DNA of 29,022 nucleotides, taken from Octopus sinensis (taxonomy: Eukaryota). The notes under the pieces are model-generated. The model was not told the origin of the DNA. It did no database searches and was given only the letters and a program-made list of their open reading frames with translations. Every line of letters begins with the position of its first letter. Position 1 is the stretch's first letter. The DNA is taken from NCBI RefSeq assembly GCF_006345805.1, contig NW_021833218.1, positions 1 through 29,022 of the forward strand, read 5' to 3'. Shown one piece after another: positions 1-10,945 of the stretch. The translations under genes were made by a program, and so were the position numbers.

Positions 1-4
1 CGAT

Positions 5-903
5 ATGGAAGCACTCCGTCGGTTACAACGATCAGGGTTCCGGTTGATCCGAATCAAAGGAACAGCCTGCTCGTGGAATTAACGTGTAAGTGGCTGAGCA
101 CTCCACAGACACGTGTACCCTTAACAAAGTTCTTGGGGATATTCAGCGTGACACAGAGAGTGACAAGGCCGGCCCCTTGAAATACAGGTACAACAGAAAC
201 AGGAAGTAAGAGTGAGAGAAAGTTGTGGTGAAAGAGTACAGCAGGGATCACCACCACCCCCTGCAGGAGCACTCCGTTGGTTACGAGGATGAGGGTCCCA
301 GCTGATACGATCAACGGAACAGCCTCCTTGTGAAATTAACGTGTAAGTGGCTGAGCACTCCACAGACACGTGTACTCTTAACGAAGTTCTCGGGGATATT
401 CAGCGTGACACAGAGAGTGACAAGGCCGGGCTTTGAAATACAGTTACAACAGAAACAGGAAGTAAGAGTGAGAGAAAGTTGTGGTGAAAGAGTACAGCAG
501 GGATCACCCCCCCCCTGCAGAAGCACTCCGTCGGTTAAGACGTTGAGGGTTCCGGTTGATACGATCAACAGAACAGCCTGCTCGTGGAATTAACGTGTAA
601 GTGGCTGAGCACTCCACAGACATGTGTACCCTTAACGTAGTTCTCGAGGATATTCAGCGTGACACAGAGAGTGACAAGGCCGGCCCTTTGAAATACAGGT
701 ACAACAGAAACAGGAAGTAAGAGTGAGAGAAAGTTGTGGTGAAAGAGTACAGCAGGGATCACCACCATCCCCTGCCGGAGCCTCGTGGAGCCTTTAGGTT
801 TTTTTCGCTCAATAAACACTCACAACGCCTGGTCTGGGAATCGAAACCGCGATCCTATGACCGCGAGTCCGCTGCCCTAACGACTGGGCCATTGCACCTC
901 CAC
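5..903 (-). mobile_element. tRNA-derived SINE family C, with its ~255-bp body in three tandem copies
   Basis: The minus-strand head at 903-771 has an A-box-like TGGCCCAGTCG and a B-box-like GTTTCGATTCC. Body repeats start at 11, 269 and 523. Same family as 12383 and 24863. Confidence 0.85.
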
Positions 904-1078
904 ATTGAGCACAAATCACACGCCCCACAAAAAAAAAAAAAGAACACAATTGCTAGGGTTAGGGATGGATTGAGTAATCACCAAGGAGTAAGCTTTACTG
1001 ATATAAAATCAATTGGAAAAAAATCAAACGAATTATTTTAAGGGGGGCCAGCTATTATTATTGATCAACTATTGAATA

Positions 1079-1103
1079 GGCGCAGGAGTGGCTGTGTGGT
1101 AAG
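1079..1103 (+). mobile_element. Truncated 5' head of SINE family A
   Basis: GGCGCAGGAGTGGCTGTGTGGTAAG matches the SINE-A head and is fused directly to the MITE array. Confidence 0.7.
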
Positions 1104-1902
1104 TTATGAAAACAAGACATTTGTACTCAGAGCCAGAAGCAGTTACAGTTGGGTACTGTAATTATTTTGAGATGCTCTGTGTTTCTTTCAATTAATTTTA
1201 AATATAACAAAGAATTTAGTAAAATATCTTAGTTATCATTAAGCTAGTGTTAGGAACATAAATTGTGACTAAGGTTTGGTGGAAGATTTTAATTCAAAAC
1301 TTATGAAAACAAGACATTTGTACTCAGAGCCAGAGACGGTTTCAGCCGGGTTGGTATCAAAAGGGTTAAATATAACAAAGAATTTAGTAAAATAACTTAG
1401 TTATCATTAAGCTAATGTTAGGAACATAAATCGTGACCAAGGTTTGGTGGAAGATTTTTAATTCAAAACTTATGAAAACAAGACATTTGTACTCAGAGCC
1501 AGACCGGTTTCAGCCGAGTTGATATCAAAAGGGTTAAATATAACACAGAATTTAGTAAAATAACTTAGTTATCACTAAGCTAGTGTTAGGAACATAAATT
1601 GTGACTAAGGTTTGGTGGAAGATTTTAATTCAAAACTTATGAAAACAAGACATTTGTACTCAGAGACAGAAGCAGTTTCAGGTGGGTACTGTAATTATTT
1701 TAAGATGGTCTGTGTTTCTTTCAATTAATTTTAAATATAACAAAGAATTTAGTAAAATATCTTAGTTATCATTAAGCTAGTGTTAGGAACATAAATCATG
1801 ACCAAGGTTTGGTGGAAGATTTTTAATTCAAAACTTATGAAAACAAGACATTTGTACTCAGAGCCAGACCGGTTTCAGCTGGGTTGATCATGAAAGGGTT
1901 AA
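1104..1902. repeat. Tandem array of a MITE-like element with a piggyBac-type AGGG-TTAA end; units 197, 169, 167 and 198 bp plus a 68-bp partial
   Basis: TTATGAAAACAAGAC starts at 1104, 1301, 1470, 1637 and 1835. AAAGGGTTAA occurs at two internal junctions and at the array end (1902). The piggyBac assignment rests on one terminus only. Confidence 0.7.
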
Positions 1903-2198
1903 CGCGATGAACTTCTATGTAGTTCAATCTTCACTGTAACAGCTGTTGTTTTTTTGTGTGTGACCCTGACTAAAGTACAAACTGATTTCACTTGTTCCAG
2001 TTTGCCTGATTAATCTGTAACAATCTTTAATCTTTAATCCTTGTTTTACACTTCCGTCATTAATAAAACAGCCACTCATCTGTAAAAGCAATTTGCTTTC
2101 TACCAATAAACATTCTCAAATGTAATATCCAAGCAAGAAAAGAGAAAAAAGTACAAATAAAATATCAATAACGAAAAATATTTGATAGTTGATCAATA

Positions 2199-2362
2199 GT
2201 TGCAGGAGTGGCTGTGTGGTAAGTAGCTTGCTTACGAACCACATGGTTCCAGGTTCAGTTCCACTGCGTGGCATCTTGGGCAAGTGTCTTCTACTATAGC
2301 CTCGGGCCAACCAAAGCCTTGTGAGTGGACTTAGTAGACGGAAACTGAAAGAAGCCTGTTGT
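2199..2362 (+). mobile_element. SINE family A head (tRNA-like part plus CORE-like CCTTGGGCAAGT segment)
   Basis: A-box-like TGGCTGTGTGG, B-box-like GGTTCAGTTCC, and ends at GAAAGAAGCCTGTTG followed by (TA)n. Confidence 0.85.
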
Positions 2363-2377
2363 ATATATATATATATA

Positions 2378-2712
2378 TATAAAATATTATTAGAGACAAA
2401 ACCACTATTTTGCAAAACAAACAAGGAAAGACTTAATCAATACATAAAATTTTATATAATAGTCAAAAAAACCGCCACTACCATCGTTTCTTGTCTTGAT
2501 CGACAATCTTCAGGGGACTTCCAATAATTCAGTGTCAAATTCATAATTTGACACTGAATTATTGGAAGTCCACCTGAAGATTGTCGATCAAGACAAGAAA
2601 CGATTGTAGTGGCGGTTTTTTTTTTGACTATTTATTAAAATTTTATGTATTGATTAAGTCTTTCCTTGTTTGTTTTGCAAAATAGTGGTTTTGTCTCTAA
2701 TAATATTTTATA
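2378..2712. repeat. Long palindrome (~165-bp arms, 3-nt loop CAT at 2542-2544), probable inverted Penelope-like pseudo-LTR fragment
   Basis: The arms are reverse complements with few mismatches and contain a hammerhead motif. Confidence 0.9.
2570..2612 (+). ncRNA. Type I hammerhead ribozyme motif (HHR1)
   Basis: CCAC-CUGAAGA-UUGUC(GAUCAA)GACAA-GAAA-C(GAUU)G-UA|GUGG. Helix I is CCAC/GUGG, helix II has 5 bp, helix III is minimal, and the GUA cleavage site is after 2608. Confidence 0.8.
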
Positions 2713-2823
2713 ATATTTTACTATAAAATTGGATTTAATCCTAAATCTGATTTTTTCCCTGTAAATTTGGATTTATTCCCTAATATATATTATTATATAT
2801 ATATATATATATATATGTATATA

Positions 2824-2982
2824 GGCGTAGAGTGACTGTGTGGTAAGTAGCTTGCTTATCAACCATATGCTTCCTGGTTCAGTCCCATTGCGTGGTACCT
2901 TGGGCAAGTGTCTTCTATAGCCTCGGGCCGACCAAAGCCTTGTGAGTGGATTTAGTAGACGGAAACTGAAAGAAGCCCGTCG
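2824..2982 (+). mobile_element. SINE family A head
   Basis: Same consensus, flanked by (TA)n on both sides. Confidence 0.85.
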
Positions 2983-3007
2983 TATATATATATATATATA
3001 TATATAT

Positions 3008-3500
3008 CATCATCATCATCATCATCATCATTTAACGTCCGCTTTCCATGCTAGCATGGGTTGGACGGTCAACTGGTCCTGGGGAGGCCCGAAAGCTGCA
3101 CCAGTCCAGTCAGATCTGGCAGTGTTTCTACAGCTGGATGCCCTTCCTAACGCCAACCACTCCGAGAGTGTAGTGGGTGATTTTATGTGCCACCGCCACA
3201 GTGCCAGACGAGGCTGGCAAACGGCCACGCTCGGATGGTGTGTTTTTATGTGCCACCGACACAGGTGCCAGACGAGGCTGGCAGACGGCCACGCTCGGAT
3301 GGTGTTTTTATGTGCCACCGACACAGGTGCCAGATGAGGCTGGCAAACGGCCACGATCGGATGGTGTTTGTTACGTGCCCACAGCACGGAGGCCAGTCGA
3401 TGCGGTACTGGCTACGGCCACGTTCGGATGGTTTTCTTGTGTGCCACGTGCCACCGGCACTGGTACCACAAAGATACAAATTCCATTGATGTTCATCTAT
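3008..3500 (-). mobile_element. SINE or non-autonomous retroelement with an (ATG)n tail and an internal ~61-bp tandem repeat
   Basis: (CAT)n tail at 3008-3031. The minus strand reads GGTTGGCGTTAGGAAGGGCATCCAGC and ends CATGGAAAGCGGACGTTAAATGATG. Three near-identical units plus one diverged unit lie at 3181-3430. Confidence 0.7.
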
Positions 3501-3541
3501 TTTGATTTGTTTTGATTTATATATATATATATATATATATA

Positions 3542-4230
3542 GGTGCAGGAGTGTCTGTGTGGTAAGTAGCTTGCTTACGAACCACATGGTTCCAGGTTCA
3601 GTTCCACTGCGTGGCATCTTGGGCAAGTGTCATCTACTATAGCCTCGGGTCAACCAAAGCCTTGTGAGTGGACTTAGTAGACGGAAACTGAAAGAAGCCT
3701 GTCGTATATATGTATATATATATATATATATATGTAAATAGGTGTAGAGGGCTGTGTGGTAGGTAGCTTGTTTACCAACCACATGGTTCCAGTTTCAGTC
3801 GCATTGCGTGGCATCTTGAGCAAGTGTCTTCTACTATAGCCCCGGGCCGACCAATGCCTTGTGAGTGGATTTGGTAGACGGAAACTGAAAGAAGCCTGTC
3901 GTATATATGTATATACATATATATATGCTTGTGTGTGTTTTTCCCCCTGGCATTTCTTGACAACCGATGCTGGTGTGTTTACTTCCCCGTCACTTAACGG
4001 TTTGGAAAAAGAGACCGATAGAATAAGTACTGGGCTTACAAAGAATAAGTCCCAGGGTCGATGCTGGTGTGTTTACGTCCCCGTCATTTAGCGGTTCTGC
4101 AAAAGAGACCGATAGAATAAGTACTAGGCTTACAAAGAATAAGTCCCGGGGCTCGATTTGCTTGACTGAAAAAGGTGGTGCTCCAGCATGGCCACGGTCA
4201 AATGACTGAAACAATTAAAAGTGTAAAGAG
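3542..4230 (+). mobile_element. Tandem SINE-A: a head (3542-3704) and a full-length copy (3741-4230) with a partly duplicated tail
   Basis: Head, (TA)n(TG)n spacer, then a tail ending CAGCATGGCCACGGTCAAATGACTGAAAC. Confidence 0.85.
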
Positions 4231-4267
4231 TACCTGTTACGTTAAAAAATGAAAAATATTTGATAGT

Positions 4268-4848
4268 TACTCTTTTACTCTTTTACTTGTTTCAGTCATT
4301 TGACTGCGGCCATGCTGGAGAACCGCCTTTAATCAAGCAACTCGACCCCGGGACTTATTATTTGTAAGCCCAGTACTTATTCTATCGGTCTCTTTTGCCG
4401 AACCGCTAGGTGACGGGGACCTAAACACACCAGCATCGGTTGTCAAGCAATGCTAGCGGGACAAACACAGACACACAAACATATACACACACATACATAT
4501 ATATATATACATATATACGACGGGCTTCTTTCAGTTTCCGTCTACCAAATCCACTCACAAGTCATTGGTCGGCCTGAGGCTATAGCAGAAGACACTTGCC
4601 CAAGGTACCCCGCAGTGGGACTGAATCCGGAACCATGTGGTTGGTAAGCAAGCTACTTACCACACAGCCACTCCTACGCCTATATATATATATATACGAT
4701 GGGTTTCTTTCAGTTTCCGTCTACCAAATCCATTCACAAGGCTTTGGTCGGCCCGAGGCTATAGTAGAAGTCAGTTGCCCAAGTGGGACTGAACCCAGAA
4801 CCATGTGGTTGGTAAGGAAGCTACTTACTACAGAACGACTCCTACGCC
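4268..4848 (-). mobile_element. SINE-A full-length copy (4268-4680) plus a head (4697-4848)
   Basis: Reverse-complement matches to the consensus; lies tail-to-tail with the 3741 copy. Confidence 0.85.
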
Positions 4849-4860
4849 TATATATATAAC

Positions 4861-5009
4861 TGCTTCTGTCTCTGAGTACAAATGTCTTGTTTTTATAAGT
4901 TTTGAATCAAAATCTTCCACCAAACCTTAGTCACAATTTATGTTCCCAAAACTATCTAAATCGTAAGTAAGTTATTTTACTAAATTCTTTGTTATATTTA
5001 ACCCTTTTC
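4861..5009. mobile_element. Fragment of the same MITE as 1104-1902, in opposite orientation
   Basis: TCTGAGTACAAATGTCTTGTTTT...GTTATATTTAACCCTTTT includes the same TTAA-fused junction. Confidence 0.75.
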
Positions 5010-5014
5010 ATATA

Positions 5015-5470
5015 TTTTTTCCCTCTAGTTTCAGCGCAGAGCTGCGGCCATCCTGGTGCACTGCCGTTTTGTGCTACACTGTTATTACTAAGAGCCTCCT
5101 CTAATATGTGGCACTTGGTGGAGAATGGGGTTTGATATAGCTACCCTCATTTGCACCTCTTGCCGTGAGGTAGGTTCATCTGGGACTCTCGGCAGGAAGG
5201 GGTCCAGCTTTGATTTAAAAACCCCTACATCTACTTTGTGCAAGTTCCTCAGACTCTTTGGGAGAATATTAAAAAGCTGTGGGCCCTTGAAACCCAGGCT
5301 GTTGCAGTAACTGGTCCTGAGGTGCGATGGCATTGCTGGGATCTTTGGCACTATGCAGTGTCATCCTGTTCTGGCATTGGTGTAGCTTTCAATGCCAAAA
5401 TTTGGCATAATTCCTTCCAGGATTTTCCAGATGTATATTACTGCATACCTCTCCCATCTTCTCTCCAGGA
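5015..5470 (-). pseudogene. 3' fragment of a CR1/L2-group LINE ORF2 (RT C-terminus) with its 3' UTR
   Basis: Translates as SLERRWERYAVIYIWKILEGIMPNFGIESYTNARTG*...NSLGFKGPQLFNILPKSLRN...VPDEPT. It overlaps in sequence with the 14405 and 22117 fragments. Confidence 0.85.
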
Positions 5471-5519
5471 AAATTATTTACTTTGAATAAAAAAATTATT
5501 TACTTTGTGTAAAAATTTT

Positions 5520-5945
5520 TTTTTCCCCTCTAGTTTCAACTCAGAGCTGCGACCATGCTGATGCACCGCCGTTTAGTCCTACACTGTTATTACTAAGAGC
5601 CTCCTCTAATATGTGGCACTTGGTGGAGAATGGGTTTTGATATAGCTACCCTCATTTGCACCTCTTGCCGTGAGGTAGGTTCATCTGGGACTCTCGGCAG
5701 GAAGAGGTCCGAATTTGATTTAAAAACCCCTACATCTACTTTGTGCAGGTTCCTCAGACTCTTTAGGAGAATATTAAAAAGCTGTGGGCCCTTGAAACCC
5801 AGGCTGTTGCAGTAACTGGTCCTGAGGTGCGATGGCATTGCTGGGATCTTTGGGCCTATGCAGTGTCATCCCGTTCTGGCATTGGTTTAGCTTTCAAAGC
5901 CAAAATTTGGCACAATTCCTTCCAGGATATTTGAGATATATATTA
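5520..5945 (-). pseudogene. Tandem duplicate of the LINE 3' fragment
   Basis: Repeats 5015-5470 at a ~505-bp period (ORF 5593-5838). Confidence 0.85.
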
Positions 5946-6046
5946 CTTGATTACTTCAAAGCTTCCTTAAAGAAGGTCATTACGGTCGAATGCTTATTTA
6001 AATATCATACCCATGTATTTGAAAAAAGAAAGCAAAAAAATTACAA

Positions 6047-6380
6047 GCAGGAGTGACAGTGTGGTAAGTAGCTTGCTAACAAACCACATGGTTCCGGGTT
6101 CAGTCCTACTGCGTGGCAACTTGGGCAAGTGTCTTCTGCTATAGCTCTGGGCCGACCAAAGCCTTGTGAGTGGATTTGGTAGACGGAAACTGAAAGAAGC
6201 CCGTCGTATATGTATAGGTGTAGGAGTGGCTGTGTGGAAATTAGCTTGCTAACCAACCTCATGGTTCCGGGTTCAGTCCCACAGCGTGGCATCTTGGGCA
6301 AGTGCCTTCTGCTATAGTCCTGGGCCGACCAAAGCCTTGTGAGTGGATTTGGTAGAAGGAAACTGAAGAAAGCCCATCGA

Positions 6381-6424
<44 letters not shown>

Positions 6425-6799
6425 ATATATATAGGCGCAGGAGTGGCTGTGTGGCAAGTAGCTTGCTTACCAACCACATGGTTCCGGGTTCAGTCCCACT
6501 GCGTGGCACCTTGGGCGAGTGTCTACTGCTATAGCCTTGGGCCGACCAAAGCCTTGTGAGTGGATTTGGTAGATGGAAACTGAAAGAAGCCCATCGTATA
6601 TATATATATATGTGTGTGTGTATATATAGGTGCAGGAGTGGCTGTGTGGTAAGTAGCTAGCTTAACAACCACATGGTTCGGGGTTCAGTCCCACTGCATG
6701 GCATCTTGGGTAAGTGTCTTCTACTATATCCTCAGGCCAACCAATGCCTTGTGAGTGGATTTGGTAGATGGAAACTGAAAGAAGCCTGTCGTATATATG

Positions 6800-6832
<33 letters not shown>

Positions 6833-7050
6833 TGTGTGTGTATGTGTTTGTGTGTCTGTGTTTGTCCCCCAAGCATTGCTTGACAACCTATGCTGGTGTG
6901 TTTACGTCCCCCGTCACTTAGCGGTTCGGCAAAAGAGACCGATAGAATAAGTACTGGGCTTACAAAGAATAAGTCCCGGGGGTCGAGTTGCTTGATCTAA
7001 AGGCGGTGCTCCAGCATGACCAGAGTCAAATGACTGAAACAACTAAAACA
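6047..7050 (+). mobile_element. Tandem array of four SINE-A heads (6047, 6217, 6434, 6629), the last full-length
   Basis: The heads are separated only by (TA)n/(TG)n. Confidence 0.85.
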
Positions 7051-7147
7051 AGGAAAATTTTTTACTTTTAATAAAAAAAATTTTTTGCCCTCTATTTTCA
7101 GCTCAGGGCTGTGGCCATGACGATGCACCACCGTTTTGAGCTACACT
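7050..7147 (-). mobile_element. Third remnant of the LINE 3' terminus with its flanking AT-rich spacer
   Basis: CCCTCTATTTTCAGCTCAGGGCTGTGGCCATG matches 5520-5560, and the preceding spacer matches 5468-5520. Confidence 0.65.
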
Positions 7148-8125
7148 CTTTCAGTCATTTGACTGCGGCTATGCTGGAGCACTGCCTCTAATCGAGCAAA
7201 TCGACCCTGGGACTTATTCTTTGTAAGCCCAGTACTTATTCTATCAGACTCTTTTGCCGAACCGCTAGGTAACGGGGACATAAACACACCAGCATCGGTT
7301 GTCAAGCAATGCTAGGGGTACAAACACAGATACACAAACACACATATATATATATATACATATATACGACAGGCTTCTTTCAGTTTCCGTCTACCAAATC
7401 CACTCACAAGGCTTTATATATATATATATTTACTCTTTTACTTGTTTCAGTCATTTGACTGCGGCCATGCTGGAGCACCGCCTTTAGTCGAGCAAATCGA
7501 CCCCGGGACTTATTCTTTGTAAGCCCAGTACTTATTCTATCGGACTCTTTTGCCGAACCGCTAAGTAACGGGCACATAAACACACCAGCATCAGTTGTCA
7601 AGCAATGCTAGGGGGACAAACACAGACACACAAACATACACACACACTTATATATATATATATACATATATACGACAGGCTTCTTTTCAGTTTCCGTCTA
7701 CCAAATCCACTCACAAGGCTTTATATATATATATATATACTCTTTTACTCTTTTACTTGTTTCAGTCATTTGACTGCAGCCATGCTGGAGCACCGCCTTT
7801 AGTCGAGCAAATCGACCGTGGGACTTATTCTTTGTAAGCCCAGTACTTATTCTATCAGTCTCTTTTGCCGAACCGCTAAGTGACGTGGCCGTAAACACAC
7901 CAGCATCGGTTGTCAAGTGATGCTAGGGGGACAAACACAGACACACACATATATATATATACATATATACGACAGGCTTCTTTCAGTTTCCGTCTACCAA
8001 ATTCACTCACAAGGCTTTATATATATATATACTCTTTTACTTGTTTCAGTCATTTGACTGCGGCCATGCTGGAGCACCGCCGTTTAATCGAGCAAATCGA
8101 CCCCGGGACATATTCTTTGTAAGCC
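7146..8125 (-). repeat. Tandem array of 5'-truncated SINE-A units (~290-bp period; three complete plus one partial)
   Basis: Each unit ends at CACAAGGCTTT followed by (TA)n (7415, 7722, 8018). Confidence 0.85.
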
Positions 8126-8134
8126 TCATACTTA

Positions 8135-8218
8135 CGATTTGCTCGACTAAAGGCGGTGCTCCAGCATGGCCGCAGTCAAATGACTGAAACAAGTAAAAGA
8201 GAAAAGGAGTAAAAGAGA
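8135..8218 (+). mobile_element. SINE-A 3' tail, inverted relative to 8032-8099
   Basis: CGATTTGCTCGACTAAAGGCGGTGCTCCAGCATGGCCGCAGTCAAATGACTGAAACAAGTAAAAGAG. Confidence 0.85.
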
Positions 8219-8761
8219 TCACTCACACACACACACACACACATACAGAAAGCACATGCTCTTTTTCGAAAAAGGGTTCCTTCCGAATCTTGACTCCCAG
8301 AAATTGATTAAAAGCTCACAGAGAGATTTTCTCGTTAAATATGCAATTAATTGAATAGGAATTTAAAAAAAAAAAAAAAAACAACGAAAAAAAATATCTC
8401 AGAAATGGAAACAAAACGAAAAAAAGGGATTATATAAAAAAAAAATACAGAAAAAAACCCCCTTAACTCATCTCCTTTTAACAGATAAAGCTTTTGTTAC
8501 ATTAAAGGATAAAATACTATAAGGGATTTCTTAGATGTTATAGTAAAGACTATTACAGCTATTGTCACTTCGCTTGATGTTTTGCACAAAAGCTCCTATT
8601 CAGGTCTGACTGAGGCATCCGGTTTCATGTTGTGAACCTGTCAAATACTTCACTTTCAAGTGAACCTCATAACAAATTAATTGAATGTCTTTGTAGTGTA
8701 CCATTTACTTAAGTGAAAATAAAATACTACGTGTACGTGATATAAATGTGAAGTGATCATA

Positions 8762-9564
8762 GGCGCAGGAGAGGCTGTGTGGTAAGTAGTAGCTTGCTTA
8801 CCAACCACATGGTTCTGGGTTCAGTCCCACTGTGTGGTACCTTGGGCATGTGTCTTCTACTATAGCCTCCGGCCGATCAGAGCCTTGTGAGTGGATTTGG
8901 TAGACGGAAACTGAAAGAAGCCTGTCGTATATATATAAATAGGCGTAGGAGAGGCTGTGTGGTAAGTAGTAGCTTGCTTACCAACCATATGATTCCAGGT
9001 TCAGTCCCACTGCATGGCACCTTGGACAAGTGTCTTGTACTATAGTCTCTGGCCGACCAAAGACTTGTGAGTGGATTTGGTAGACGGAAACTGACAGAAG
9101 CCCATCGTATATATATTTAGGTGCAGGAGTGGTTGTGTGGTAAGTAGTAGCTTGCTTACCAACCACATGGTTCCGGGTTCAGTCCCACTGCGTGGCACCT
9201 TTGGCAAGTGTCTTCTGCTATAGCCTTGAGCCAACAACAGACTTGTGAGTGGATTTGGTAAGCGGAAACTGAAAGAAGCCTGTCGTATATATATAGAAAT
9301 GTATATATATATATATATATATATATCTGAACATATATATACACACACATACACACACACAAACACATATATATATATATGTATATAGGTGCAGGAGTGG
9401 GTGTCTGGTAAGTAGCTTGCCTGCGAACCACATGGTTCCGGGTTCAGTCCCACTGCGTGGCACCTTGGGCAAGTGTCTTCTGCTATAGCCCCGGGCTGAC
9501 CAAAGCCTTGTGAGTGGATTTGGTAGACAGAAACTGAAGACCTGTCGTATATATGTATATATAT

Positions 9565-9600
<36 letters not shown>

Positions 9601-9950
9601 ATGAACATATATATATATACACACTCACACACACACATATATATGTATATATATATATATAAATAGGCGTAGGAGTGGCTGTGTGGTAAGTAGCTTGCTT
9701 ACCAACCACATGGTTCCGGGTTCAGTACCACTGCGTGGCATCTTGAGCAAGTGTCTTTTACTATACTCAATGGCCGACCAAAGCCTTGTGAGTGGATTTG
9801 GTAGACGGAAACTGAAAGAAGCCCGTCGTATATATGTGTGCATGTGTTTGTGTGTCTGTGTTTGTCCCCCTAGCATTGCTTGACAACTGATGCTGTTGTG
9901 TTTATGTCCCCGTTACTTAGCGGTTCAGCAAAAAGATACTGATAGAATAA
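8762..9950 (+). mobile_element. Tandem array of five SINE-A heads (8762, 8942, 9120, 9388, 9666), the last with a partial tail
   Basis: The first three share a TAAGTAGTAGC duplication, indicating local tandem amplification. Confidence 0.85.
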
Positions 9951-10184
9951 GTTGTCAAGCAATGCTAGGGGGACAAACACAGACACACAAACACACACAC
10001 ATATATATATATACATATATACGCCGGGCTTCTTTCAGTTTCCGTCTACCAAATCCACTCACAAGGCTTTGGTCTGCCTGAGGCTATAGTAGAAGACACT
10101 TGCCGAAGGTTCCACACAGTGGGACTGAACCCGGAACCATGTGGTTGGTAAACAAGTTACTTACCACACAGCCACTCCTATGCC
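9951..10184 (-). mobile_element. SINE-A copy inverted against the 9666 copy
   Basis: Orientation switches abruptly at GATAGAATAAG|TTGTCAAGCAATGC. Confidence 0.8.
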
Positions 10185-10454
10185 TAATCTGTGTACATTA
10201 GCTAGAAATATATTTAAGCATTCAGACTTTGGCTAAATAGTTTCGCTATTTTTTTAATCTATCTTTTGAAGCGTAGGTGTGTAATTGAAGGAAAAGAAAT
10301 GTAAAAAATACCCCCCCTCCCGATATATTATAATCTGCTGACACACGTATGCCGGGTGTATATGTTTTTGCTAGCAGCTGCAGTGTGTATGTATGTTGAC
10401 TACACGAATAAACATAGTTAGGATTTTAACTTATTTGACCGGGCAGATGAATTC

Positions 10455-10636
10455 CTATCTGTCTGTCAGTCTGTCTGTCTGTCTTTCTATCAATCTATCT
10501 GTCTGTCTGTCTATCTTTCTATCTATCTATCTATCTATCTATCTCTATCTATCTATCTATCTCTATCTATCTATCTATCTCTATGTATCTATCTATCTAT
10601 CTATCTATCGATCTATCTATCATCTATCTATCTATC

Positions 10637-10667
<31 letters not shown>

Positions 10668-10723
10668 CTACCAATCTATCTATCATCTATATATCTATCT
10701 ATCTATATATCTATCTATCTATC

Positions 10724-10773
<50 letters not shown>

Positions 10774-10776
10774 CCC

Positions 10777-10867
<91 letters not shown>

Positions 10868-10890
10868 CTATCTATCTATCTATCTCTATC

Positions 10891-10945
<55 letters not shown>

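Noticed and set aside
954-964. TAGGGTTAGGG telomere-like motif
   Set aside because: Fewer than two full units; expected by chance.
1924-2106. 60-aa ORF in unique sequence
   Set aside because: It is short, has no recognisable domain, and has no convincing donor site.
3205-3235. CAGACGA followed by a hairpin in the 61-bp repeat
   Set aside because: There is no GAAA box or helix III, so it is not a hammerhead.
5965-5996. Possible decayed hammerhead (CTTAAAGAAGGTCATTACGGTCGAATGCTTA)
   Set aside because: It needs several substitutions in both core boxes and helix II; not supportable.
8485-8645. Acceptor-like site at 8484 (+) and a possible terminal exon VHNMKPDASVRPE* (-)
   Set aside because: All plus-strand frames stop within 13 codons, and the minus-strand acceptor lacks a polypyrimidine tract.
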